Below are positions 1 to 6,676 of a DNA stretch of 64,000 nucleotides, one piece after another (within the stretch, counting starts at the first letter, position 1; each line of letters starts with the position of its first letter). The position numbers were made by a program, and so were the translations under genes. The notes beneath the pieces are model-generated. The model did no database searches. It was given only the letters and a program-made list of their open reading frames with translations, and had not been told where the DNA came from. Source of the stretch: a virus (Duplodnaviria; Caudoviricetes); the IMG/VR virus record IMGVR_UViG_3300033757_000347; one strand, given 5' to 3'.

Positions 1-7
1 TGTTAAT

Positions 8-92
8 GGCCTCGTAGCTCAGTCAGGTTGCGCAAGCTTAGAGCTTCCGCCTTTTAAGCGGAAAGTCGTTGGTTCGAATCCAACCGGGGTCA
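8..92 (+). tRNA. tRNA-Lys(TTT) with enlarged D-loop
   Basis: Acceptor GGCCTCG/CGGGGTC, anticodon arm TCCGC-CTTTTAA-GCGGA, T arm GTTGG-TTCGAAT-CCAAC. Confidence 0.85.
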
Positions 93-98
93 CAGATT

Positions 99-128
99 GG
101 AAAGGTTCGAGTCCCTCCGGGCCTACCA
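99..128 (+). other. orphan tRNA 3' fragment (T arm + 3' acceptor strand + CCA)
   Basis: GAAAGG-TTCGAGT-CCCTC-CGGGCCT-A-CCA with no adjacent 5' half. Confidence 0.55.
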
Positions 129-137
129 AAGAAATTT

Positions 138-214
138 GGTCTCGTAGTAGAGTTGGTCACAATGTCTGCCTGTCACGCAGAAGGTCGCGGGTTCGAATCC
201 CGTCGAGACCGCCA
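138..214 (+). tRNA. tRNA-Asp(GTC)
   Basis: Cloverleaf, loop CTGTCAC, encoded CCA. Confidence 0.92.
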
Positions 215-220
215 AAAAAT

Positions 221-299
221 GGTATCGTAGTTCAGCCTGGTCTAGAATGCCTGCCTGTCACGCAGAGGGTCGAGGGTTCAAATCCCTTCGGTACCGCCA
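221..299 (+). tRNA. tRNA-Asp(GTC)
   Basis: Cloverleaf, loop CTGTCAC, encoded CCA. Confidence 0.92.
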
Positions 300-304
300 G
301 TATT

Positions 305-413
305 GATTTGTAGTGAGAAACAGAGTTTCATCGTTGGTTATCACAGGTTCGAATCCTGTACCAAGCTTCCATAATGCTTAGTATCAAGTCACTCTTTTCG
401 GCTTTCTCAAATC
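305..413 (+). ncRNA. Y-RNA-like scaffold RNA A (payload: T arm + closed acceptor-like stem)
   Basis: GATTTG/CAAATC terminal stem, TAGTGA/GGCTTTCT loop, GAAA-C-AGAGT/ACTCT-TTTC stem, payload ACAGG-TTCGAAT-CCTGT. Confidence 0.7.
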
Positions 414-473
414 TTTAATCAAAACAAAAGGGTGTAAGTTCGAATATAAATAAAATAAACAATAAACGAACTT

Positions 474-1193
474 ATGAAAATCTGTGAAAACTGTCAATGT
501 GAACATAATGGAAGTTACGGTTCCGGACGATTTTGTTCAGAAAAATGTTCTAGATCCTTCGTTACTAAAGCAAAGCGTAAGGAAATAAACGAAAAAATTA
601 GTAAAAAATTAAGTAATCTAGGACACGCACCAATAATTAAATTATGCAGCGTTTGTAACAATCAATTTACGGTAAACTGGGCAAAGAGAACTCAACAATA
701 TTGTTCAAAAAAATGTTCAGGTAAAATAAATGGTATACTTGGAGGTAATGCTATTAAATCAAATACTTCAGCAATGGGAGGATTTAGACCAAATGGAGGA
801 AGGCCTAAAACTTTTACATACGTTAATTGGTTAAATGAAAAAATGTCTTTAAACAAAGATGAAATTCTAGTTGCTAAAGTATTAGATCATTTAAAAATCA
901 AGTGGAATAGAAATTTAGTTGGGTTCGATTATGTAGACATTGATGGTAAAATTAGAAAATACTATCCAGATTTTTATATTTCGGATTTTAATACTTACGT
1001 TGAGTATAAGGGTTGGTTAAATGAAAAAATATTACATAAGATGAATGATGCGATAAACAAAAATTCATTGAAACTAGTCATTATTTACTCAAATGATAAG
1101 AGATATAATAAATTGGGGTTAAGCTTACGAGAATTAGAAATCAACCCAGAATTATTAATACAAAAATGCGTCTATGGTGAAATGGTATCATAA
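474..1193 (+). CDS. putative homing endonuclease, Zn-finger repeats + PD-(D/E)XK nuclease
   Basis: CxxC/FCS repeats, YYPDF...YVEYKG, AT-rich, late promoter TATAAATA at 445. Confidence 0.75.
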   Translation: MKICENCQCEHNGSYGSGRFCSEKCSRSFVTKAKRKEINEKISKKLSNLGHAPIIKLCSVCNNQFTVNWAKRTQQYCSKKCSGKINGILGGNAIKSNTSAMGGFRPNGGRPKTFTYVNWLNEKMSLNKDEILVAKVLDHLKIKWNRNLVGFDYVDIDGKIRKYYPDFYISDFNTYVEYKGWLNEKILHKMNDAINKNSLKLVIIYSNDKRYNKLGLSLRELEINPELLIQKCVYGEMVS

Positions 1194-1241
1194 TGGTCTC
1201 CAAAACCACAGTTCTCTGTTCGAATCGGAGTAGGCGTGCCA
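1168..1241 (+). tRNA. tRNA-Trp(CCA)
   Basis: Loop CTCCAAA, encoded CCA; overlaps the endonuclease stop. Confidence 0.88.
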
Positions 1242-1251
1242 CATTATTAAT

Positions 1252-1324
1252 GCCTCTTTAGCTCAGACGGTAGAGCGACTGTTTCGTACTCAGTAGGTCG
1301 TCGGTTCGATTCCGGCATGAGGCT
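1252..1324 (+). tRNA. tRNA-Thr(CGT)
   Basis: Loop TTCGTAC, canonical D and T arms. Confidence 0.82.
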
Positions 1325-1330
1325 CTCAAC

Positions 1331-1406
1331 GCCTTTGTAGCTCAGCTGATAGAGCCACTGATTTGTACTCAGAAGGTCGGGGGTTTGAATCCCTCCAAAG
1401 GCTCCA
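1331..1406 (+). tRNA. tRNA-Thr(TGT)
   Basis: Loop TTTGTAC, encoded CCA. Confidence 0.88.
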
Positions 1407-1412
1407 CAAAAT

Positions 1413-1619
1413 CACCTCTTAGCTCAGCGGTTAGAGCGTCCGGTTGAGGGCCGGAACTTGAGGACTTCGGTAAGGTACTCGTTTACTTTTGCGCAGAGGT
1501 AACCGATGAAGTAGCCGGGAGAGTCAAGGTAGACGAACCTGAAAATCAAGATGAGGGTACCCGAATCAAGACCATACGGTGTAGTCGAGAAGTCAGAGGT
1601 TCAAATCCTCTAGGGGTGT
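1413..1619 (+). ncRNA. tRNA-Leu(GAG)-like RNA with ~135-nt structured insertion in the variable arm
   Basis: CACCTCT/AGGGGTG acceptor, D arm, TCCGG-TTGAGGG-CCGGA anticodon arm, long insert, then AGAGG-TTCAAAT-CCTCT T arm. Confidence 0.7.
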
Positions 1620-1731
1620 CGATGAGCCGGCAGGCCACCGGATCGTAGTTCCTCGCTTTCCCTGATCGTAAGGTCAAACGACGAGCCGCACCGTAAGGCG
1701 GACGGGTTGGCAACTCCCGCTGACATTGAAC
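1619..1731 (+). ncRNA. unidentified structured RNA
   Basis: TCGATG/CATTGA closing stem with several GC-rich hairpins, two capped by GTAA tetraloops. Confidence 0.4.
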
Positions 1732-1744
1732 AAAGTTGCATAAC

Positions 1745-1821
1745 GGGCATATAGCTCAGTTGGTTAGAGCATCTGACTGATATTCAGAAGGCCGTAGGTT
1801 CGACTCCTACTTTGCCCACCA
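1745..1821 (+). tRNA. tRNA-Ile(GAT)
   Basis: TCTGA-CTGATAT-TCAGA, encoded CCA. Confidence 0.9.
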
Positions 1822-1828
1822 ATAAATT

Positions 1829-1904
1829 CGAGTAGTAGCGCAGCTGGTAGCGTACAACGTTCGGGACGTTGGGGTCGGAGGTTCGAACCCTCTCTACTCG
1901 ACCA
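1829..1904 (+). tRNA. tRNA-Pro(CGG)
   Basis: CAACG-TTCGGGA-CGTTG, encoded CCA. Confidence 0.9.
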
Positions 1905-1916
1905 ATATTAAACTAA

Positions 1917-1990
1917 CGAGTAGTGGCGCAGCTGGCTAGCGTTCTTGATTTGGGATCAAGGGGTCGGAGGTTCGAATCCTCTCTACTCGA
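1917..1990 (+). tRNA. tRNA-Pro(TGG)
   Basis: CTTGA-TTTGGGA-TCAAG. Confidence 0.9.
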
Positions 1991-1992
1991 CT

Positions 1993-2103
1993 AAGTAGTA
2001 GTAATGGATAGAGTTACTTCGTCGCCTAACGGTAAGGCAATTGTCTCTTAAACAATCGATGCGGTTCAAATCCGCCTGTTTACTCTCCCGACTTTCTCTA
2101 CTT
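1993..2103 (+). ncRNA. Y-RNA-like scaffold RNA B (payload: D arm + Lys(CTT) anticodon arm + T arm, no acceptor stem)
   Basis: AAGTAG/CTACTT stem, TAGTAA/GACTTTCT loop, AGAGT/ACTCT, TACTTCG; payload ATTGT-CTCTTAA-ACAAT. Confidence 0.75.
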
Positions 2104-2148
2104 TATTTTAACCGCAGTCTTAGATAAATAGAACTAAACTACGGTCAA

Positions 2149-2739
2149 ATGTATCATATCATCTATAAGATTACGAACCTAAAGAATAATAAGATTTATG
2201 TTGGGTATCATGGAACAGAAAATCTTTCAGATTCCTACATGGGTTCAGGGAAAGCAATAAAACTTGCAATACGAAAAACCGGAATAGAAAATTTTGCTAA
2301 AGAAATTTTATACGTTTATCCAACTAAGGAAGAAGCCATTGCTAAAGAGATTGAAATAGTAAATGAAGCTTTTATCGCTAGGAAAGATACCTATAATATC
2401 AAGTTGGGCGGTACTGGAGGTTGGGAACATACGTGGAACGATCCAAAAAGAATCGAAGGAATTAAGAAATCGTTTGAAACAGGTAGAAATAAAGGTTGGC
2501 CGCTATCAGCAGAGGCCAGACAAAAACTCGGAAAATCTTCATTCAAAGGAAAACATCATTCGTTTGAAACTAAAAAGAAAATAAGTGATTCTAAAAAAAT
2601 GAATGAAGTTGACTCATTAAAAAGATTGAAAGAATACCAAAGTATTGATAAATCTTGGGGTTGGATAACTAAATTAGCAAAAAGTTGGGGGATAACGAAT
2701 ACCCAAGTTAAAAGATACATTAAATCAATGGGGATTTAG
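2149..2739 (+). CDS. GIY-YIG homing endonuclease (Seg-like)
   Basis: IIYKITN...YVGYH...YMGSG, YNIKLGG, NUMOD3-like GKHHSFETKKKIS. Confidence 0.88.
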   Translation: MYHIIYKITNLKNNKIYVGYHGTENLSDSYMGSGKAIKLAIRKTGIENFAKEILYVYPTKEEAIAKEIEIVNEAFIARKDTYNIKLGGTGGWEHTWNDPKRIEGIKKSFETGRNKGWPLSAEARQKLGKSSFKGKHHSFETKKKISDSKKMNEVDSLKRLKEYQSIDKSWGWITKLAKSWGITNTQVKRYIKSMGI

Positions 2740-2806
2740 CTCAGATGGCCAGAGCGCCTGCCCTGCAAGCAGGATGTCACGAGTTCGACTCTCGTAATCT
2801 CCACCA
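2730..2806 (+). tRNA. tRNA-Ala(TGC)
   Basis: G3-U70, loop CCTGCAA, encoded CCA. Confidence 0.88.
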
Positions 2807-2814
2807 CACTAAAT

Positions 2815-2884
2815 GGGCGCGATCCCGAAGGCAGGGCGCTTCACTTGCAATGAAGATGATTGGGTTCAATTCCCACGTGGTCCA
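2815..2884 (+). tRNA. tRNA-Ala(TGC), atypical
   Basis: CTTCA-CTTGCAA-TGAAG; bulged acceptor stem and unusual D arm. Confidence 0.65.
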
Positions 2885-2888
2885 CTAC

Positions 2889-2974
2889 AAGAAGTAGCAA
2901 GGAACAGAGATACTTCGAAATCAAACGGTGAATTTGAAACTTCCAAAAGATGCTCTTTCCAACATTCTCTTCTT
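2889..2974 (+). ncRNA. Y-RNA-like scaffold RNA C (short hairpin payload)
   Basis: AAGAAG/CTTCTT, TAGCAA/AACATTCT, GGAA-C-AGAG/CTCT-TTCC, TACTTCG. Confidence 0.7.
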
Positions 2975-2980
2975 CGTTTT

Positions 2981-3056
2981 GCTCCCGTAGCTCAGGGGTT
3001 AGAGCAGGAAGCTTATACCTTCAAGGTCGGTGGTTCAATTCCATCCGGGAGTACCA
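2981..3056 (+). tRNA. tRNA-Ile(TAT)
   Basis: Loop CTTATAC, encoded CCA. Confidence 0.82.
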
Positions 3057-3059
3057 CAT

Positions 3060-3134
3060 GCTCCGTTCGTCTAGTCGGCCAAGGACGTCAGGTTTTCATC
3101 CTGGAGATCAGGGGTTCGAATCCCCTACGGAGTA
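3060..3134 (+). tRNA. tRNA-Glu(TTC)
   Basis: TCAGG-TTTTCAT-CCTGG. Confidence 0.9.
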
Positions 3135-3147
3135 CGCAAAGCCAAAT

Positions 3148-3221
3148 GGTCCTGTAGACGAACAGGTTAAGTCGTTGCCCTTTCAAGGCAAAGGTTGCGG
3201 GTTCGAGCCCCGTCGGGACTA
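3148..3221 (+). tRNA. tRNA-Glu(TTC)
   Basis: TTGCC-CTTTCAA-GGCAA. Confidence 0.88.
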
Positions 3222-3230
3222 CTCAAAATT

Positions 3231-3304
3231 GATCGTATAGCTCAGTTGGTTAGAGCGCTTCCGTGACATGGAAGAGGCCGTAGGTTCGAATCCCACTATG
3301 ATCA
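3231..3304 (+). tRNA. tRNA-Val(GAC)
   Basis: CTTCC-GTGACAT-GGAAG. Confidence 0.9.
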
Positions 3305-3309
3305 CACAA

Positions 3310-3387
3310 GCTCTCTTAACTCAGTTGGTTCAGAGTGTCACTCTTACAAAGTGAAAGTCGTAAGTTCGAATCTTACAGAGAGCACCA
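3310..3387 (+). tRNA. tRNA-Val(TAC)
   Basis: TCACT-CTTACAA-AGTGA, encoded CCA. Confidence 0.9.
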
Positions 3388-3393
3388 ATAATT

Positions 3394-3469
3394 GGAAGCG
3401 TAGCTCAGTCGGTAGAGCGCAAGCCTGAAGAGCTTGGCGTCGGCGGTTCGATTCCGTCCGTTTCCACCA
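3394..3469 (+). tRNA. tRNA-Phe(GAA)
   Basis: CAAGC-CTGAAGA-GCTTG, encoded CCA. Confidence 0.9.
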
Positions 3470-3472
3470 CAT

Positions 3473-3544
3473 TGCGGGGTAGAGCAGAGGTAGCTCGTGA
3501 GACTCATAATCTCAAGGTCGTGGGTTCGACCCCCACTCCCGCTA
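3473..3544 (+). tRNA. tRNA-Met(CAT), initiator-like
   Basis: Loop CTCATAA, 1:72 mismatch, GCGGGG acceptor. Confidence 0.85.
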
Positions 3545-3550
3545 CTAAAC

Positions 3551-3606
3551 GCAGTCGGATGGTAACTCCAAAGAACGGTTCGCCGTGTTGCCGGAGGGCT
3601 GCTCCA
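3551..3606 (+). ncRNA. minihelix-like RNA ending in UCCA
   Basis: GCAGTC/GGCTGC + TCCA, GGTAAC/GTTGCC, ACGG-TTCG-CCGT. Confidence 0.4.
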
Positions 3607-3607
3607 T

Positions 3608-3679
3608 GCCGAGGTAGTTCAGAGGCAGAACAGTTGAATCATAATCAACAAGTCGGGATTTCAAAATTCCCCCTCGGTA
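3608..3679 (+). tRNA. tRNA-Met/Ile2(CAT)
   Basis: GTTGA-ATCATAA-TCAAC. Confidence 0.8.
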
Positions 3680-3688
3680 CTAAGATTT

Positions 3689-3779
3689 GGAGAGGTGTCC
3701 GAGCGGCCGAAGGAGCATATCTGGAAAGTATGTGATCGCCAAAAGCGGTTCATGGGTTCGAATCCCATTCTCTCCGCCA
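3689..3779 (+). tRNA. tRNA-Ser(GGA)
   Basis: Loop CTGGAAA, long variable arm, encoded CCA. Confidence 0.9.
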
Positions 3780-3785
3780 AAACAT

Positions 3786-3868
3786 GCTCTCATGGCGGAA
3801 TAGGTAGACGCGAGGGTCTTAAAAACCCTTGTCCGTAGGGCGTGTCGGTTCGATTCCGACTGGGAGTA
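3786..3868 (+). tRNA. tRNA-Leu(TAA)
   Basis: AGGGT-CTTAAAA-ACCCT, long variable arm. Confidence 0.9.
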
Positions 3869-3876
3869 CTAAATTT

Positions 3877-3958
3877 GCCCGTATGGCGGAACTGGTAGAC
3901 GCGCTGCACTCAAAACGCAGTTTCGAAAGGAGTGTCGGTTCGACTCCGACTATGGGTA
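3877..3958 (+). tRNA. tRNA-Leu(CAA)
   Basis: Loop CTCAAAA, long variable arm. Confidence 0.9.
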
Positions 3959-4023
3959 CAAAACAGTAGAGTGGTAACTTTTATTATCGCTATTCATATA
4001 AATAAAAGAAAACACTCTACCTA

Positions 4024-4626
4024 ATGTTACCAAAGGATAAAGAATGTCCATTTTGTCATAAATTTTATTCTACTGCAGGAATAGGTACACATATTTGGAG
4101 AAACCACGGAGAAGGCAAACAACACGATCCAAATATTAATTACAAAAATGGACGTATTGTGTGGAATAAAAACTTAACCAAAGAAACTAACGAAAGTGTT
4201 AAAAGCATGGCTGAAAAACAAAAAGCTTTGGTTAGACCTAAAAAATCTGAAGAAACTCGTAAAAAAATATCGATTGCTGCAAAAGCTAGAGGATTTGGAG
4301 GGTATCGGCCTCACCCAAATAGAGGCGAACGATACAAAGGAATTTGGTTTGATTCCAAATGGGAAGTTAAAGTTGCTAAATCTTTAGACGAAAATCAAAT
4401 AAGATGGGAAAGACCGAAAATCGGATTTGTTTGGTCTGACGCCGGAAATAAGTACTATCCTGATTTTTATCTTATAGATTACGACGTATATTTGGATCCT
4501 AAAAATTCGTATTTGATGATTAAGGACGCTGAAAAAATACACGAATCTCAAAAACGAAACAATATTAAAGTTCTAGTATTAACTGAACACTTCCTTAATT
4601 GGGAAAAAATAAAATTGCTCTTGTAG
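4024..4626 (+). CDS. putative homing endonuclease, C2H2 finger + NUMOD3 + PD-(D/E)XK domain
   Basis: CPFC..H...H, SEETRKKIS, DSKWE...YYPDFYL...YLDPK. Confidence 0.75.
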   Translation: MLPKDKECPFCHKFYSTAGIGTHIWRNHGEGKQHDPNINYKNGRIVWNKNLTKETNESVKSMAEKQKALVRPKKSEETRKKISIAAKARGFGGYRPHPNRGERYKGIWFDSKWEVKVAKSLDENQIRWERPKIGFVWSDAGNKYYPDFYLIDYDVYLDPKNSYLMIKDAEKIHESQKRNNIKVLVLTEHFLNWEKIKLLL

Positions 4627-4687
4627 TTAAATGGCATAACGCATCCTTGGTAAGGATGAATTTCGAGTTCGATTCTCGATTTGAGCT
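4617..4687 (+). tRNA. tRNA-Thr(GGT)
   Basis: CATCC-TTGGTAA-GGATG. Confidence 0.82.
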
Positions 4688-4690
4688 CAC

Positions 4691-4886
4691 AGTTAATCGA
4701 AAGTACTTAACGCGGGAAACTGAGGAAATTGGTGCCACCTTTGCTGGTTGTCGGAGCTTAACAGCGTTCGTACGACATTGGTGCAAGTCAAACAGGCTTA
4801 GAGGGTCAGCAACTCTACGATAGCCGGGTTGATGCTAAGATAAATGTTAGGTGAGAAACAGAAGTCCAATTACGAAACGATTAACT
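4691..4886 (+). ncRNA. rnpB: minimal RNase P RNA
   Basis: P1 AGTTAATCG/CGATTAACT, P2 ACTTAAC/GTTAGGT, GAGGAAA-P4 (AATTGG-T-GC/GTCCAATT), GGTGCAAGTCAAACAGG, AGATAAATG and AACAGAA conserved blocks. Confidence 0.8.
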
Positions 4887-4890
4887 TTTT

Positions 4891-4962
4891 GCAGGAATAG
4901 CTCAGAGGTAGAGCATCTCGTTGCCAACGAGAGGGTCGTGAGTCCGATTCTCATTTCCTGCT
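4891..4962 (+). tRNA. tRNA-Gly(GCC)
   Basis: TCTCG-TTGCCAA-CGAGA, U73. Confidence 0.85.
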
Positions 4963-5016
4963 CAGATCAAGGTTAAGTGCAAAGGTTCACATATAAATAA
5001 AATAAAGTGATTTTGC

Positions 5017-5622
5017 ATGAAAACCAAAAGAGAATTGATAAACGAAAAAATAAGTAAATCATTAAAAGGTAGAGGAAATCCTAAATCTATAAAGATTTGC
5101 GAACACTGTCAAACTAAATTTGAAGTAGAATGGCGAAAACGAAACCAAAGATTCTGCAGTCGATCGTGTAGAGCAAAATCCATAAAGTTTTCAACCGAAT
5201 CAATTCAGAAAATGTCTATTAGTAAGAGCGGAGAAAACAATCCAATGTTTGGGGTTTCACCGAAAAATACTAAGAAAATTGAAGTTTATTCAGAAAAACA
5301 TTTAGGTAATAAGCAGTTCTTAGTAAGATCCACTTATGAAAAAGAATACGTTGATACTCTTACTTCTAATCCTAAAGTCGTATCTTTTGAATATGAACCT
5401 CGTAAATTCAAGTGCAAGTATTTCATAAATGGAAAATACCGAACGTATCAACCAGATTTCTTGGTAAATGAAATAGACCGGGAATACGTTATTGAAATAA
5501 AAGCAAGTTGGCAAATAGAAAGTGAAGAAACACAGCTTAAAGCTAACGCATTTAGATCAACTCATCTAATCAATTATGAAATAATTACTGACACATGCAG
5601 AAAGAGTGTATACGGAAACTGA
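5017..5622 (+). CDS. putative homing endonuclease, TnsA-like PD-(D/E)XK nuclease
   Basis: CEHC..FCSRSC, RSTYE...YEP...TYQPDFLV...IEIK. Confidence 0.75.
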   Translation: MKTKRELINEKISKSLKGRGNPKSIKICEHCQTKFEVEWRKRNQRFCSRSCRAKSIKFSTESIQKMSISKSGENNPMFGVSPKNTKKIEVYSEKHLGNKQFLVRSTYEKEYVDTLTSNPKVVSFEYEPRKFKCKYFINGKYRTYQPDFLVNEIDREYVIEIKASWQIESEETQLKANAFRSTHLINYEIITDTCRKSVYGN

Positions 5623-5689
5623 TCAACCGTGTGGCATACCGACCTTGCCAGGTCGGGGAGCGAGGCTAACGATCTCGCAATCTGCTCCA
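5597..5689 (+). tRNA. atypical or degenerate tRNA-Gly(GCC)
   Basis: GCAGA/TCTGC+TCCA, CGACC-TTGCCA-GGTCG (6-nt loop), hairpin in D loop, 9-nt T loop. Confidence 0.5.
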
Positions 5690-5750
5690 ACTAAAGAGGA
5701 ACAACTTGTGCAGGTGCCTCAGGGGACTGCAGCCCCACTGCACTCTACAC

Positions 5751-5824
5751 TGTCCTATGGCGTAACTGGCTATCGCGCATGACTCTGGATCATGAGATTC
5801 TAGGTTCGAACCCTAGTAGGACAA
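5751..5824 (+). tRNA. tRNA-Gln(CTG)
   Basis: CATGA-CTCTGGA-TCATG. Confidence 0.9.
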
Positions 5825-5845
5825 CATACAAATTTGCTAGTACAC

Positions 5846-5920
5846 TGCCCTCTAGCGTAATGGTATCGTGTCTGACTTTGGATCAGGAGATTGGGAGTTC
5901 GAGTCTCCCGGGGGCAACCA
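5846..5920 (+). tRNA. tRNA-Gln(TTG)
   Basis: Loop CTTTGGA, encoded CCA. Confidence 0.9.
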
Positions 5921-6121
5921 AACTTAACAATTAAAACAGCAAACACACTAGAAAAAAGAACTTACGTTGATGAGATCAACGAAGTTACGATAGAATTTTA
6001 CAGTGATGCCAAACAGTCTACTATAAATTCGCTATCTTTTAACGGCGAGTGGTACACAGTACGAAAAATATTGGTAGATTGGGGTTATCAAGTAGTAGAA
6101 AAACCTACTGTCAACTGATTC

Positions 6122-6208
6122 GGAAGAGTACTCAAGCGGTTTACGAGACCTGTCTTGAAAACAGGCGATCATGAAAGTGGTCCGGGGGTTCGAATCCCTC
6201 CTCTTCCG
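6122..6208 (+). tRNA. tRNA-Ser(TGA)
   Basis: CCTGT-CTTGAAA-ACAGG, long variable arm. Confidence 0.9.
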
Positions 6209-6215
6209 CGTAAAT

Positions 6216-6302
6216 GGAAAGGTGCTAGAGAGGTCGATTAGGCTTGTCTCGAAAACAAGTGATCGGGTGACCGGTCCCAGGGTTCGAATCCCTGCCTTTC
6301 CG
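6216..6302 (+). tRNA. tRNA-Ser(CGA)
   Basis: CTTGT-CTCGAAA-ACAAG, long variable arm. Confidence 0.88.
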
Positions 6303-6404
6303 CACTAAAGATAAAGTTAGCAGGACCGCAGATCCTGTTAAAATCCTGGATCCGAGCCGCGTTCGACAACCGCTGCGGGTTATCGATCGAACAACGGTGA
6401 AAGG

Positions 6405-6581
6405 GGTTTCGAGTTGCATGGGACGCTGCCCTTTAATGTTCAATGGGATTTAGAATGAAACCAAGTACTGAAGTCTAACGACGGAGGGACGGTGCGCTGA
6501 TTCAAAAATCTCTCGAGACATTTTAACCGTTTGGAATAACGGAGCCCAGATGGGAGAGAGTACGAGGCTCTCCTCGAAACC
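6405..6581 (+). ncRNA. unidentified rod-like structured RNA (6S-like architecture?)
   Basis: GGTTTCGAG/CTCGAAACC closing stem, nested TGGG/CCCA, AATGT/ACATT, GGGATTT/AAATCTC, GAAT/ATTC. Confidence 0.5.
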
Positions 6582-6591
6582 GAATCAAAAT

Positions 6592-6675
6592 GCCCAAGTG
6601 GCGGAACTGGTAGACGCGCTAGGTTGAGGGCCTAGTGTCCGGTAGGACGTAGGGGTTCGAGTCCCCTCTTAGGTA
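6592..6675 (+). tRNA. tRNA-Leu(GAG)
   Basis: CTAGG-TTGAGGG-CCTAG. Confidence 0.9.
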
Positions 6676-6676
6676 C

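Noticed and set aside
1456-1590. Group I intron in tRNA-Leu
   Set aside because: Too short, located in the variable arm, and no P7 core recognisable
1621-1690. HDV-like/theta ribozyme after a tRNA (TTCCTCG loop)
   Set aside because: No P1 or P1.1 pairing could be built
2813-3735. ORFs 2813-3157, 2950-3240, 3472-3735 (also 8797-9111 and 11030-11260)
   Set aside because: Shadow frames over tRNA or ncRNA genes
5706-5746. Small hairpins at ~5706-5746 and ~8441-8491 as ncRNAs
   Set aside because: Single short hairpins with no family features; insufficient evidence
5891-6118. Protein-coding gene between Gln and Ser tRNAs
   Set aside because: Only start lies inside tRNA-Gln; may be a gene remnant but cannot be supported
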